Positions 13,775 through 29,100 of a stretch of DNA of 64,000 nt are shown here, in pieces. The notes beneath the pieces were generated by a model. The model worked only from the letters and a program-made list of their open reading frames with translations, searched no databases and had not been told where the DNA came from. This stretch comes from Glycera tridactyla (lineage: Eukaryota): assembly GCA_965644265.1 (NCBI GenBank), contig OZ286462.1, positions 41,788,001-41,852,000 on the forward strand, given 5' to 3'. How positions within the stretch are numbered: position 1 is the first letter of the stretch; the number at the start of each line of letters is the position of its first letter. Made by a program: the position numbers and the translations under genes.

Positions 13775-16700
13775 TCTTGATGGTGTTCCACTTCTCATAA
13801 CACGTAGAAACATAGTGCATAGTTTATATTAGAAGCTTGGTTTGTATATGCTCACAAGTTTGACAGTATGCATGAATAGTTTGCCTATACCTGAAACTCA
13901 TGAATGTGCAGCAAATTTCATTGGCAGCAATTGGTAATATTCTTGATGTATCCAATGAACACCGACATCTGTAACTAAATGGATAATTTGGTTCTCATGC
14001 CTGAAGGCACTGGTATGAATTTCATCCAAGATCAGAGGTTTTAACCCAAGCTCTGCTCACAACTAATTACGAGAAAATGCTGTCACTTTTATATAGCTGT
14101 TATAAGGGTATTAAGTAATCGAGAGAGGCTGCGGGGCTATTGTGGCTGTTATTGAACCCAGTAATATGCGAGCGGCTGTCCCTCGCAGAGCGCATGGGCA
14201 TGTTGATACAATGGCTAGCATGTGAATAATGGCCGGAGCATTATCCTGCAAAAACATCCCCTGAAGCGGTTGGGAATTAGTAACGGTATATCTTTGAGAT
14301 GCCGCATGTGGCAAGTGAAAATGAACGGTCCGAACAGCTGTGGCCTTTCAGCATCCATAAGGAATTGCACCACTTGAAAGGTATTAACGGGATGTCCGTT
14401 TAACAGGCAAAAATTGGTTCCTTACATCAATCTCTCATATATTGTGAAATATAGGAAGTGAAAATGGTGGCGTAGTTTGAATCTCTGCCATCATTGTTCA
14501 TGGTTCTGCTAATTTGGTCTTTGTGCTGGATGAGCGCAGTTGTATCTTTATTCTCATGAACTGTTCAATTCTGTCTGGTTACATGTAAGTAAGTGTTCCT
14601 CTGTTTATAATTGGCAGCAAATAGTTGATGAGACAGCATTTCACAGTCCATGGCAGAACATTTGAATTGAAATGATACCAGTGAACCCAAGATGAAATTA
14701 TGCATGCAATAATTAGTTTGCAATTTTTGAAAGTCATTGTAATCAGACTTCTGAAAACCATTGCAACTTATGATTATACCAACTGACGATAGGGGCCAGA
14801 TGCCACCCCTGAAAGCTTCTGTATAACTTTCAAATTTCTGCTGTAGGTAAAGTGAAGATTCTTCATCGTGATCATAAGTTTTGTTCATAATGAGTCCTCA
14901 GGGTTTTAGTGTTTAGCAGCACCTGCAACAAAAATGTTTAGTACTGATGTGTCATCAAAGATTGCCCAAGGAACAGGAGTTTTCCAATGCATCCCATTTC
15001 TTACTGTGACTCAATTCATAGCTGACTCTTGAACTTGCAACAAGTGAAAACAGAGTTTATTTGCAGGTGAGGGTTCTAGGAGTATATCAGTTACATATGA
15101 ACTGGTCTTTAATTGACTGGCTAACAAGGCGCAATTGTTCCCAAGTGTAAACCTGTTGGTGTTGCTGACATTGTGTCAACCCCGCATTAGGTGAAGAGAG
15201 GGGGGGGGGAGCAGTGGCGGTGGGCTTCCGCCATCATGAGGGTCCCTCGATATGCAGGTCCAGCGGGCAAGAGGGACAAAGACAGGCCTTGACGGGGAAC
15301 CGGGAAAGGCTGGTGACGAACAGCTTGTTTTTACACGGGGAACAACACCTGAGCTGAATGCGACCCACATGCCTTAAAGTAAGAACAACAGTCCGACCTG
15401 TGGCCGCATTGTACTTGCCTTGATTATTTTACCAGAAAGCTTGCTTTGTAATCTGATAGCCAAACATGGTGGCCAGGGAAGAAGCAGCTTGAGGGTGTTA
15501 ACTGATTAAAAGCCAGAAATCACCACCAGACCATTTCGCCGCTTACTCCACCATGGTACTTTTATGATGGTGGAACCTGTGCTATAAGACCACCCTGAAT
15601 GTCACCGAAAAATGGTCTCACAGAAGAGGTGGTTTGTCATCAGAGTTATACTTCTGGTCTGTCTGGAAATATATATTTGACTATGTCAGAAAGGATAGCT
15701 GCGATGAGAAAGTGGTCACCCTCTGGAGCTTGACGTCTCATTGAGGGTCTCTTGTCGCAAGTTTCACTGAGCGATATTCTGTCAGCTCTTGTTAATAACC
15801 TGTGTACATAGACCACTTTCAACCACAATGAATTTGCCCCATCCAGATAGGGTTGAGGTCACGAGTTTGGTTTCACTGCAAATGTTCCCCATGCATGTAT
15901 TTTACCCATACATTTTACCCATATATCAGATTGTGGATTGATGGAATGAATGCACATTCAGAATGTTGGTCATGACAGTTGAAATTGCGAAGTTTCCAGA
16001 ATCAGAATGGAGTGTCAGATCAGGTGTTCATCATAAGTATGTAGGGGCAGACCCCAGTAATTTGGCCTCATCTCCGGTAATTCTGTTCCTGTTCATTACC
16101 ATTTCTCAATGAGATCGCATGTGATATCACCATACAAAAGCGATACTTTCAAAGTCGTGATTTCAAATGCGCATACCTCAATGGTCCCGAACGCAACATG
16201 AGAGAAGAAAGGTGTATGGGAATTGTCCCTTTCATTGCGGAGCCTCAATGAGTGTTCCCTGCATTTTTCCGTGACCTACATCACATTGAGAATGATATAT
16301 ATGCACGTAAATGAAGGGGACAGTTTTTATGGGCTTCTGCATGTGCGCGATTGAAAAGATCAATGTGCATGTAGGGGGTACCTGGGAGCGACGTAAAACT
16401 TGCGTGGGGGCACACGTCATTGACCCCACCAGGACCGAGGGAAATCGTTCACTGCCACTCGATTCATACCCTAGATGTCCATCAAATGTAACACATGTGC
16501 CTCATTATTTATTATTTCCAATCACTCAGACGCATAATAAAATGCGCATTTGACGCAATTTGCTACATCAGAATGTCGTTAAATCGTTCATGCAATATGC
16601 ACAGTCACAACTCGCTGGATTGTGCACTTGTCAGCAACTTGTTTGTGTCTGGATCTGAGCGATGATTTACTTGCAAAACCTTCCCAATTTATTCAGAATA

Positions 16701-19700
16701 CATGTGTTTCCCTATTCATTGGCAATACTTCAAGTATATGAAATGGACATGTTTTCCAGCTCCATCAATTATGACTAGTATTGGATATAGTGATGTACTC
16801 AATTCAAATGTGGAAAGAAAATTTCTCGTTGGGATTCATCACTTCATTCAACATATTTCATTTTGTGTGTCTCAGAAGAATTGATGAATTCATATTCATA
16901 TGTGAAATATAGATAGGGATTAGGTATAGGCAATTTCTTGGCTCGTATCATTCTCACATCCACTCCATATCTAAAATAAATGCTGACTTGTTGAAATTCA
17001 TGCATTATCTGTGATGAATCAGTGAATTTCTGAATAAACTTGCCATATGAAACAGTTCTCATATTGGAAATGATTGAGAATCCAACATTTGAAATACAGG
17101 AACTTTTGCACTGTTGAAAGGAGTTGTAGTGTCATGTGGACCTGTCAGAGGCAGCTGTCAAACCGTCAGTTAGCGATCTTCGTGATGCACATACCCGCCA
17201 TGACGGTCGGCCGCCGCACTCATGTACAAAACATCAAATATTCATCCTGCTCCGCTATTCAACCCTATTTTATGGGGAATCAATGTGCACCTCGGAACTC
17301 GGGCTTGAACTCGCTGCCAATTGGACGAGAGAGGGAATGGGCGGGGAATTCTATGATTATCATTACACTGGTGGTGAAAACTCACAGAACTCCTACATTT
17401 GGAAATACATTAGTCCTGTCACTTTTATGTATGACGGAACTGGTGTGGAGGATTGTATCCAGTAGTTTGACAAGGATACCATAGGCCCTGATGTAAATTG
17501 TAAATGTAAATGTAAATGTAAATGATGCATTTGGCCACTGCAGTTGAAGATAGTTGCGAGATACTAGTGCCTCAGATATTGCCACAGATGTTGCTGGAAT
17601 TAGCGTGAACATGCTAAGTGTCTTGTTTCTAATTTATTGCAACAATTCAAACCGTGCACCCATCTGGATGTTTCTGGGAATATATGGCCTACCCTTATAT
17701 TTATTGAAAATAAGCTTTGCCTGCAGGGTGATAACCACCCAAAAAGAATGATATGCCCACACTCTTGCGCATGCATGCACACACACTTGCGATCACAAAC
17801 ACACATCTCTGTGCTGCTCAGATCGAGGTCATGTTTCCATGTTACCAAGGTGACATAAGGTTCAAATCTCCAGATATAGAGAAGTTATACTGGAAAGGAC
17901 AAAAAAACCCAAGCAACCAACCAAAAAACACGCATTTGTGTTTGGATGCTGGCCTGCCCAGCAGATTCCCTTGTATCGGTGGAAGGCCACATATACAGAA
18001 ACAATCTGCTGTGATTGTGACATGATGGAGTTATCTGCATCGATTTCTGTCAGGATGTCAATTGATTTTAAGTCATCATAAAACTGGCATCCTATTGCAG
18101 AAAGCTTTAATATCGATCGGCTTTCTCTGCTCAGCATTCTACCTGAAAACACTCGCCACCACAAAATAGTGGCATGGGAAGAGGGTGGCTCCATTGATTC
18201 CAATGTGTGATTGATCGAAATATTTAATGATTTTACATTTGTGACTGCAATGGTAGAGTGAAGGGTCAAGGAGGCCATTTGAGAGACAAGTCCATTTTTT
18301 CTCGGCTGTGGCATTTTTTCTTAAGTTTGTGCAAAGATTTTCATCGAAATTCCAGTAATATTTCTTTCAAAATTGGCTGTGACATTCCTTCATGAGAAAA
18401 TTATGCAAAGATTTCCACCCAAGATTTCAAATTCAACATATAATGTTTCCAAATTTGTGCATAGATTTTCAGCCAAGATTTCTTATTTCACAAATGATTC
18501 AACCAAGTTTGTGCATTGACAATGAGGAATGTGAGAAATGATGGAAAATGCCTGAGGGAATTCGGATGCACAAGATGATTCGCTAATTGTGGTACCTGGG
18601 GAAATTGCCTGGAGGAATCAACACTTGTGGGAGTTTGGTCACGCCTGGCCATTCTTCGGGCTTCAAGCTTGGTTCTTTCATCAGAGATTTCAGGGGCACT
18701 GTGGGCTCCATCATGTCTGAAGCCCACAGGACTGCGATAGCAGATGTCGGTCACCAGGGGGTCGAGACGGCCCATTGTTTCAACCTATACAAGTGGGATG
18801 TCTCCTGCATGCAATGTCAGAAGTAGACCAAAATGCTGAGGGAAGGTTGCAAATATGGATTCTATTGTCTCATTGTCTGCTTGCTCCTATTCACAACCAG
18901 AGGCATTTGCTGAATTTAGTGAGTTTGTAAACTGTTCATATATTCAAATAATAGGGTATAGCCCATCTGCCCCCAAACTGAAGGCCTAACGAGAGAAATG
19001 TATAGTTCTGATAAAACATTACCAAGTGTAACAGGTATAGGTAACATGAACAATTGGATGTATGTCCCTGACAATAAATAATTCGAAAATTATCATTTTT
19101 CATAAGAGGGATGTAGAAGTAGGAAGATATTGTACTTCTGGCAGTGAGAGGGTTTTGTGTAACATTTGGAGATTTTTGCATAATCATGATTTTATTAGGC
19201 CCAAGACTCATTCGAATTTATTGATACTCATGTGATGTGATCATAAACTGCATCCCATGCCATCATGGGGATATAAAACTAGTCATGAGGGAACACGTCC
19301 CTGTGAAATTAATAGTCATCTTTCAGGGTTGATTCAAGTTTCTGAGAGAGTTACATGTATTTGTAAACATTTTTGTTTATTGAGATTTTCATTTTGTGAA
19401 AAGATATGGATATCGGTACACATTTGGCTGCTCGCTGTGTTGTCAGTGTACATGGCTACTCTATGTTTCTTTTCAAAGCATTTGCTCAGAATACACAGCC
19501 TACAACCAGTGCCATTAAGATCAACTAAGGAGTACTCTCTGATGATTTTTTTTTTTTGTTGATAGGCTTTGCATATTTTGGGCCACAGTGATATTAGATA
19601 AACTTGAGGAATTCAAATATTTGATCTCAGCATCTATTGAGGTTCAAACATCTGCCTGCAGGTGATTGCCTAAATAAAATGTTTGGTTCCCAATACATGT

Positions 19701-21999
19701 GTATTGTGATTCACATGGTTTACAAATCCCAGGGGGTCAAAAAGATATTGTTTAATTCAAACAATAATTAGCCTTGTTAACCATGCCAGGTGGGAAATCT
19801 CAGGAAATTTAAACAGATTTATGAGGATCAAACATGAATGTTTCTGTAATCATTGCTTGCGTGAGCTTTGTCTTTGATCCCCAGGTAGATCATGGCCTCA
19901 GAGGACGTAGAGCTCTGGGCTATTAGCTCACCTGTGATGTAGTCCCACTCGGGCGTAGTAATCACTCCCTGTGAAGAGGCTCATTTGCATGGGGCATTGC
20001 TAGGGATCAGAAGTGATTGAGTCAGCTAAGACTTTGTTGGCATTGTAGGTGTCACAAGCCATTATCCTTTCTCTATACTTTCTAATTAACCATGTCACAA
20101 ATTAACTCCTATAGAAACGCTGGCTTAACACCCTGTACATTGCAACAGCCACTGAAACAACACTGATCCATGGTCTTTGATCCGGTCAAGCTTGTTCCCA
20201 TGGACACTATAGATGCATCTTTGTACATCATCCCAACACCCACCCATGCATGGGTGACCATTTCACTTTAGTAGTGATGAACTTGAACACAAAAATATGC
20301 CTTCCATCCTTATACTCTTCTAACAGAACACAGAATAAGACTAGCAGATATGTCATTAAGATATCTCTTGGACCATCTGTATCTGATATTTTGTAGAAAA
20401 TTTGATGAGAAGAAAGATTTAATTGGAGCTCACTATGTACATATCTATTGGGCATTTCTTTTGATTTTCAAAAGAAACCATGCTGATTGGTAAACCCTCG
20501 AAAGCATTGAAATAAGGTGATTGCTGGCAGTTGTTATTTATTCATCACAAATGCATTGGAAATATTTTCCGTTCATTTAATATTGAATAGCACAAGCTCT
20601 AGGCTTAGAACCCACCTGACAGATATGTACAATTCTTGTTATGTTTATATATGCGGAGTCTTTGATCTTTTATGGATAAGCACTGTACAAATAATCAACT
20701 GACAGAAAAAAAATCAGACAGATAATTATGTATGTCATTCCCATCACTGTTGTCATCTACATTGTCTCTGCAATTGTCGGCAATGCGGTCATCATCAATA
20801 TTTCATTGCATCGGGAATCACCCCCGCTGGACCTTGTAAACAACATACTCGACTAATGCAAGCATGATTTACCATTGTAACCTCTCGAAGTTGCTAATAT
20901 GTGTCATTTACATAACTCCACTAAGGATATTATACGCAAATGACATCATGTAATGTCTACTTGAAACTGATTGATTCCCTACGAGAACAGAGGAATGGAT
21001 GTCATGATGATGGAATATGGTTTAAGGTTACACATGCACGACACAGATGCACAGAATTTCCTATTAATCTACATCAGTGCATCTACACAGCAGAAACAAC
21101 ATGATCCAAGATGCCTTTTGTGCCTGTGCATTGCAAGCGCGATCTATCGCCAGAGGTATCTTACGGCAAGCGGAGATTGGTGATATCAGGCATATGCAGA
21201 CTTACATGTTGACATATATCGATTCATCATTATTTCCTAATCAGACAGGATATCTGTAATTACAGAATACATCCTGATGCCATGAGTCCCCGACAGAAAA
21301 AAAAATCACCACATATGTTCATCACACTATTCAGTCACCTATACTTTGCAGACCTATAATCAGGAGAAATGGAGTTCCATGGTATTAAAAAGGCTAGACA
21401 TACTGAAACCCTCCAAATTTTATAATTATCAGTTGATGAATCCAGTAATGTGGCCTTGGAGGGGAAACAGGTGATATTTGAAGTTCCTCATATTTTTTCA
21501 ATGAATAGAGAACATCTCTCAAAAGTGAACATTTCTGTACTAATACATTATATGATTTTAAGAAACAGCCACCAGACCAACCATCAAGCAACTCATGAAA
21601 AATTCAAGCATTTTACTTAAAGCAGAGTTCTCCCCGGTGTGGTCCTTTCGAAATCAAACAACTATATAATACTTATTCTCTATGGTGAAATGTACCATTC
21701 TGTCAGTTTCATTCACATGAATTGGACACCAATTGCAAGACCACAAGTTAATTAGCTTCAGTACTATAGTGTATACTTCATGGTAGCAGGACATAAAATT
21801 CACCCGTTGTAAAGATTATTGAGGGCAGTTCAATTTGGGTCAGAGGTCATCTTGATCTGGATCTCTGATAAGCTGCCAAAATGGGGCACAAATGGCTTTA
21901 TGGTCAGTCAGATCTCTGGATGTGATATGATTCATTACATGCATGATATGCTGAATTGATAGGCATGGATCTCTGTTGTCCTCAACATTAATATGACCA

Positions 22000-22253
22000 A
22001 CACACATGAACATTTGTGTGTGTGTGGTCATGTGTGTGTTTGTGTGCATGTGTGTGCGTACATGTACATGTGTCTGTGTCACATTTTCGCATGTGTTAAC
22101 TGCTGACCCCTCTGTCTCTTTCTTTGTCTCTGTCTCTGTGTCAAATTGTCAGTCTGTCTCTCTTTCTCCATCTGACTGTCTGTCTCTTTGTCCTGTGTCT
22201 CACAAATATACACCCTTACTACACATACACACTCATGCATGCATGCAAGCACA

Positions 22254-22289
<36 letters not shown>

Positions 22290-22295
22290 ACCACC
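22000..22295. repeat. Compound TG/TC/CA microsatellite
   Basis: Seen directly; pure (CA)n at ~22256-22288. Confidence 0.9.
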
Positions 22296-22299
22296 GCCT

Positions 22300-22400
22300 C
22301 AGTGAAGGAGTCCTGAATTATTCCACCCATGCCCATTGCATGGGTCTCACAATATAGCACAAATGGAGCTGATATGACATTAAACCACAACTGACCACCC
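22300..22400 (+). mobile_element. SINE-like family R2 3' end
   Basis: catgcccattgcatgggtctcacaatatagcacaaatggagctgatatgacattaaa is shared with ~38020-38135, ~44670-44800, 49011-49146 and ~61010-61110. Confidence 0.65.
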
Positions 22401-25400
22401 AAGCAGTAATAAACATTGTACTTATTGCATGTAAGAGACTTGTGCTTACGCTTCTGTTTCAAAGCAGTAGGTAGCAGTGTCCTTGAGGTTATGGTCAAGG
22501 TCATAGTTAGCGTGGGATCATGATTATATTGGAAACTGCCATTACCATGCTAAGTTTATTGCTTCAATTGGAGACTCTCCAGTAATTTCCCCATCAGTTC
22601 ACCTGTATTGTGCCTCCTTACACCACAGAGAGTAATAAAACCATCTCCGGTAATCAGAGGCAGTTTCCATGGTAATCTTACTCTCTAAGGTAACTGTTTC
22701 TTATGGGCATCATTTTTAATCATCTTCCAGACTCTGTTCTAGCCATATCGAGTTGCTTGCGTGTCATATAAGAAATTTGCAGTGGTGCTGTAATTTTATG
22801 AAATTGCTGCCTGCATATTTGGTTAGACCTAATCTTTTACTTGGGTTTCATTTTAGTTTTTGTGCTGGAATTAGATATGAACATACACATTGTAACTTGT
22901 GATGAGAGACTCCTAAATGACAACAAATTGTCTCACAGAACAGGTGGGTTCTCATTGGAGGTATATTTGACCATCTCAACGCAACAGACAAAAAATAACA
23001 GTGAGAATATGCTATCATTCAGGGATACAATCAATTTAATCGGAATACTTTTGCCATATCTAAAGTGATGAATATTCCTAATATAGGGAATTGTTTATTC
23101 ATTCTTGAAAATAATCATATTTTGGCGTGCAGTAAAGTTTGATCCCATTTTTGCGACCTTTTCTCTCATAAGACCTTATAAGCCAGGTAAATTAGTCATT
23201 AGCAAGCTTTCCTGTTGGGGGTTTGAACCAAGCACCTTGAAGATGGACTGTTTAGAAATATGTGCCGACTATCTAATTGCAAGTGTGATGTGAATGAGAC
23301 TGGCCTGTAATTAAGTTGAGTGGGGGTGGGTGCAGCACAGTCAGAATCTCTGCAGGATATTCCACCAGTTGAACACCTCCCTCCACCACCACCAGCTGAG
23401 TGCTGTCCGAGACCACAATACCGTCTCAATGAGATATACACAATCGATTGAATAGATTTCAATAACCTACTTGATTAATGCCCACTGGGCAGAAGGGAAA
23501 CACTTTGTTGGCCCTCAAGAAGTTCTTGCAGAACATCAAACGAAGCCACCAGCGATGGCTGATGGATAAAGTGGCACTTTCACCTCGGGCAACTTTGAAG
23601 ATCTCAGCATGTCTTTCAGCACTTGTGGAGTACTGTACAGAAAACCTTGTCCGCATACCATGTCATCAAAATGTAGCTTTCTTGTGTATTGTCAATTGTT
23701 AACCTTTACCTTATCGGTGAAGAGCATCTGAGTGACAGTAAGTGGTGGCCCAGTACTGGGCAGTGACTGGCTGATGCTGGACTGGAACCAACATGTTACC
23801 AGATGTTGGATAGGTTTGTGTCATTGTCTGATATCTGACTATTGTGATCACGATAATGGTTTCCATTTTGAGAAAGCTCAATCTCCTTTCATTTTTAATG
23901 AAAGCTGATTTTTTTTTGCAGTGAATAGACTTTATACAGCTCGGAATGGCTGTTATCAAGAGGTGGTCTTTATAGGAAGGTGGTCTTCAAAGCCTTCCAT
24001 CCCCAGCTGTGAGGGATAAATATTTATGTAACTCGACATGACTCAAAAATGTGAAATGCGAAATCATTAATTGATCTAATCTTTTTCCATATACATATAT
24101 ATTCATTCACTTATTTATTTTATTCAATAATTTATTTATTCATGGAAATTCATTTCAATATACCCTGAAAAGGCATGGCATTGCAGCAGATTTGTTGATC
24201 AGCGTTTTCACTAATAATCTGGCTCCAATTAAAGTATTATATTCATAGCCACTTGAGACAATCACTAGCCAGCCATTGTTTGCCCACTTAAAATGACTCC
24301 TTAATTCATGATATGAAAGAAATAATCCAAATAAACAGTCAGATACCTGTCATAATTGCTAGGGATATCAAGTCCCATGTGATTTACCCCCTCATCCCCC
24401 ATTTGAATAGCAAGATATAATATTGCATATTATGGGGGTTGTCAATGAGGGTAGAATGGAGATGTCAGATGGGCACGCTGGGAGGGCAAGTCACAATTGT
24501 GATGTACTATAAGGGTTGAATGCGCATGGCACCCTTTTTGCATAAATCAGGGCATTTACAGACATCAAAATGTACTGTCACTTTTCCACTGTTTATGTCT
24601 ACTCTCAGTTCATCAAACATGCGAGAGAACTCATGAATATGGTAGGGACCTTCCATTGCTTTAGTTACACAGAAATCCATAGCAACTGAGTGCAGGTACT
24701 CTCAGTTTTGATTGCGTTCACACCTGAGTGATTTCGACCCCCATACTGGTCGATCTGTCTGTGTGTCAGTGTTTCACAAACAGCTATAAAAATGAGCAGG
24801 AGGGGGTCCATTAATGTTTGTACTGATGATAAACATGTTTTGACAATTGTCCTTGGGAGGCCCAGGGTGAGAGACTGGACACCTGTCAGATTTCAAACCC
24901 AGGGGAGGTCTGCTTTTGTCTCTACCTGGGATGGCTGGCCCACTGTATTTACCTTGTTAAGCAATTCCGTGCTGCTTAGGACAGTATACAAGCTGGAATC
25001 TGATGGGGTTTTTCAATAGAACTGCTGTGGGAAATTCTTATCACAGAGATGTGATGAGCTGTCATCTAGGATATTTGGTTTTGGAATTCAAAATATGAGG
25101 TTCCCTCTGTAATACATCTAACCTTCATTGACATTCTTCCTTCATTTGAAATCAAATGCAGTCATCTTGAACCGAGTTGTTGTATCCTTATATAGCTGAA
25201 CCTGTCAACAAAGACCAACCTCGATCACAGCAGAAAGTGTTCTTTGTGGACAGGTGGCATTTAGAAAGAGATTGTCATCCCTCTTCAATTGAATTCTCAA
25301 AAGTCTGGATTCAAAGCTCGCATTGACTTGGCTTGAAATTAGGAAAAAAAGGAATTGTTGTGACCTGGAACCTGAAGGGTTGGTGGTCATTGAAGTTGTT

Positions 25401-28400
25401 TGTCTGTGGCCATCTTCTGTTGGTCATTCACTCTCGCCTAAAGAGAGCTAATGAAGGCACCAAGCACAGACTAAATCACAGGTATTGTCACATTTTCTTT
25501 TATAAATGGGGTCTCCTGGTGAGCCTTCCACCTCTACGCCCTACAGGTGGGGTCCAGCGGTTAGAATCTCAGGACTTGTGGGAGGTCACCGGATACCCTC
25601 GGGTCATGATGCAACAATCGGTCATCTTAATTGGATTGCCACCAAGACGCTGCTTAAAGATGAATTACCTGGCTCTCCATATGGACGAATGATGATGGAT
25701 CGGTAAGAGATTCGTCCAAAGTGAATAGCTACCAAGTTTCCTCTAACTTGAGGAAGTCTAGTTTGCATCTGTGTATGTGTTATGTCATGGTGTCACGAAT
25801 ACATCATATGGTGTGGTGCATAACTTTTGTCTTGTTGTGCAAATGGGTATCCATTGTACTAGAAGAAACGCTATCTATAGAAGATTCAACTTTTATACCA
25901 CACTTGAGATTTCTTGAATTTTGCATGACAGGTATTTGTACATCATACCTCGTTGTATGTAGTTTTCAACTGTGATACCTGATGGTTTCTCAGAAATCAT
26001 AAAGTGATCATCAGATTTATGTAAAAAAAAAATTATTGAATTTCTGACTGAACATCTTTTCACTATATTGCAATTGTAGTACACATTCTATCTAAGATGT
26101 ATTAGATGATGGCAATCATATATTTGGAAAATATTTGAGCTACACATATTTGTATGAGAGGACACCGTGAATTATTCAGTTAGATGTCAAATATGAGAGC
26201 CAAAATGTAGCAGATAACATGATTTCATAACTGAAATTCTCAGTATTCAAAGCGGTATCATAAAGAGAGATCCTATACTCAAGATCTTCAAAAAGATATT
26301 TTCTATAATTACAAGTAACATTGTGTAAGTATCAAAATTGTTGGACATTGCATAGATTGGAATTCACTTCATGCAATCGCTTTTGTGGTGTTTTTTAAAT
26401 AGATCAAGAAGACAAACCACGGAATGGGATCAGATTGATAAGATTGAGTTAGATAGCTCGAGGGTAGATTGAGTTACGGTCCCTTCAAGAGATAGTTTGT
26501 ACAAAACATCGGTGCTCATCTTCGCCCCCGCTATAGTGGCGGTAACTGATTGGGTCATCGGACATAACCCTCAAAAGACTTGATTATGTCAGGAGACGCA
26601 GGTGAAAGTGAGTTAAACAATTCGGTAACAAGACTGAAAAGACGGGAACCTGATCTTGTGTGGGGACTACAGAGATAGGGAGTGTTACGTAAATTCATTG
26701 GAGCTTATCTGTGTGTCATCGCAACATAGAAGGATCCGACAAATAATAGACTGTGTTGGCTTTGTTTACACTACTTCTATTGTATTCACATGCCAGCTAT
26801 CTTGTCATGCTTCAAAATTATCTATTGATGACAAGCGAGTCATTTTGCTGGCAATGCTTCTCATTCTTCCTCCTGCAAACCATTACAAGTGGTTGGTGAT
26901 TGAGGAAGTTTGTGTACTCTTTATTTTACCCTTTATCAGATTGTATCCGTGAATAAATGTGGAGAAAAATTGTGGTATTGCGCGAAACTTGTTTCAAAAT
27001 CAGGTAGATATTCCATGCCACATCAGAACCTCACACACAGTTGTTTTTGTGGGTAATTCCTTGGACACGTGATCGTTGAAGCATTTCCTTGTAGAGCATG
27101 CATCCTCTGGTATGACTTTCCCGATATTCAAGCTACTGTGCATTCTGGTGAAAATCTTCCTTTCTGAGATAATGCAATCTTATACAGCCGACTAATAAAA
27201 TGAATACTATTGCATATAATCCCAATATTTTCCAATTGCAAAGATGATTTATGAATCTGTGATGCCGACTGGTTTAAATCTACATGTGTATACATAATGA
27301 CGCGGACACATGAGAGTTTGTACAGTTCGCCAAAAAGGTGCTCGTAAAATCTTCCATGTGTACATAGCAATCTTTTTGACTGACACTGGAGAGGAAACCC
27401 AACTCGTTTTCCCTCCACCTAACTCCAACCATAAATTCACAAAGTCGTTCAGATGATGTTTGTCCGAGTGGTAAAAACAGTCTGCTCTGGTACTGGAGTA
27501 AAATGTTTACACAGGATATTCTCTACATCTCGTTTGAACAAACCTGCCCGGACAGTGTTACCTCACGGCTCTCACAACCAGTTTTCTTTTTCGTGAAAAT
27601 ACGAACCACAAATTTCACCCATTGCTCATCTCTTGATTGTGACAGAAAAGTGATGATTCCAACCAGATATGGCATTTTGGTTGACAGTGAGTTGTAGATG
27701 GTGTATCAATATAGGATTATGTGAGAAGTGAGTTTGTGAAGTATTTAGGTTTGAAGGATTTTGTGAATCCTCCTTAGGTCAAATAAGCTACAGATGTGGG
27801 AGAGTGATGATACACACAGCAAGTTTAGGGTAGGAGCTTTCAGACATCCATCTGGACTGTTTCGTCAGTTCATGCCAACTGCAATATTGCATTGCCTCAG
27901 GATACTACCTTTGACGAGTGATGACGTGATGATGGGAGTATCTTGTAGTATTTTGGTTAGAGACTGTGTCTGCCCCTGTCGCTGTTGAGTGGGAATCATA
28001 TGTCGCTGTTTAGTGGGAATGGTATGAAGTATTCCAGATGCTGTACTCTTGATTGTCTAGATTATCAGTTGGCTGAATTATGATTACTCAGTAAATGTCT
28101 TCGAATGCATCAAGACAGTTTGGCAATCGTATGAAAAAAAGAACTTTTTTCGTAATCATGGCGATGATTGGCAACTTGAAGTAGATCGTCTCTGTTATAG
28201 AGATAATCACCAATTGTAGTAGGTATTTGTTAGACTCGTGGATTGGTAAGGATGATGTCGATGTTGTATTAGCAATCGAGCGAGTAGAACGAACAAAATC
28301 TACAGGTACTTGAGATGGTGAAAGGCCAGCTCACTGGTCACGTCAAACCGACAAGTGCTTGGAGTGTGTGTCTGAATGAGGGGGAGCCCGGGGGTCGACC

Positions 28401-28940
28401 GTGCCCAGAGCGTCGCCATTCTGTTGGTGAAATGTAGCAAACTAACTGGTGTTCACATTACGCAGCCAGCGAGAAACTATTTTCTGTTAAGGAGGTGTGA
28501 AAAAATGCAAGTGGAGGTCAATCATTATCCGGTTTCACGCAAGGCGGAATACAGAATTTTTATTATGTGACTGCTATTGCATTTCAAGGTATACCAGATG
28601 CAGTGTGTCACTTCTGTAGCGCTCCCATTGATGCAGGAAAATTGTACTGTACCATGATGATTGGAATTGAATATCACAAAATCATATGAATCGGGGTAAT
28701 CTGCCATTATTTCAGCTGATGTGATGGAGTTAAAAATTGAATATGTAGGCTTGTGAACTCGGATCTGCATCAATAGCCAGTTAGTATTAATTAGCGACTA
28801 AAGTGATCAAAGCCTGTCCTAATCACAACAAAGAACTCAGCACTCACTTCTTTGAATGATTATATTGTTCAGACCTCCAGATTACTACAGTAGGAGATAT
28901 TAGGCTAGAAATTGACTCTCAAAATTAAAACAGATAAAAA

Positions 28941-29100
28941 TACCATAGAACCTGCAACAAGAGACCACCTGCATTGGGAGACAATTCATGCAGGGTGGCC
29001 TTCCTATTTCTCATCTTTTTTGTCATTGAGAGATCACCTATTTTGATAAACCTCTTTCGGGTCACATTTAGGATGGTCTCTTCTTGCAGGTTTTACTGTA
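28941..29100. mobile_element. MITE family M1, diverged copy
   Basis: taccatagaacctgc...gagaccacc...ggtctc...gcaggttttactgta. Confidence 0.55.

Noticed and set aside
17074-18314. ORFs of 136, 109 and 150 aa
   Set aside because: No recognisable domain, overlapping frames, and no consistent splice sites or phases.
26587-26614. Alternative first exon ATGTCAGGAGACGCAG|GT
   Set aside because: Its donors are phase 1 and do not fit the phase-0 acceptors of the tail exons; too short to support.
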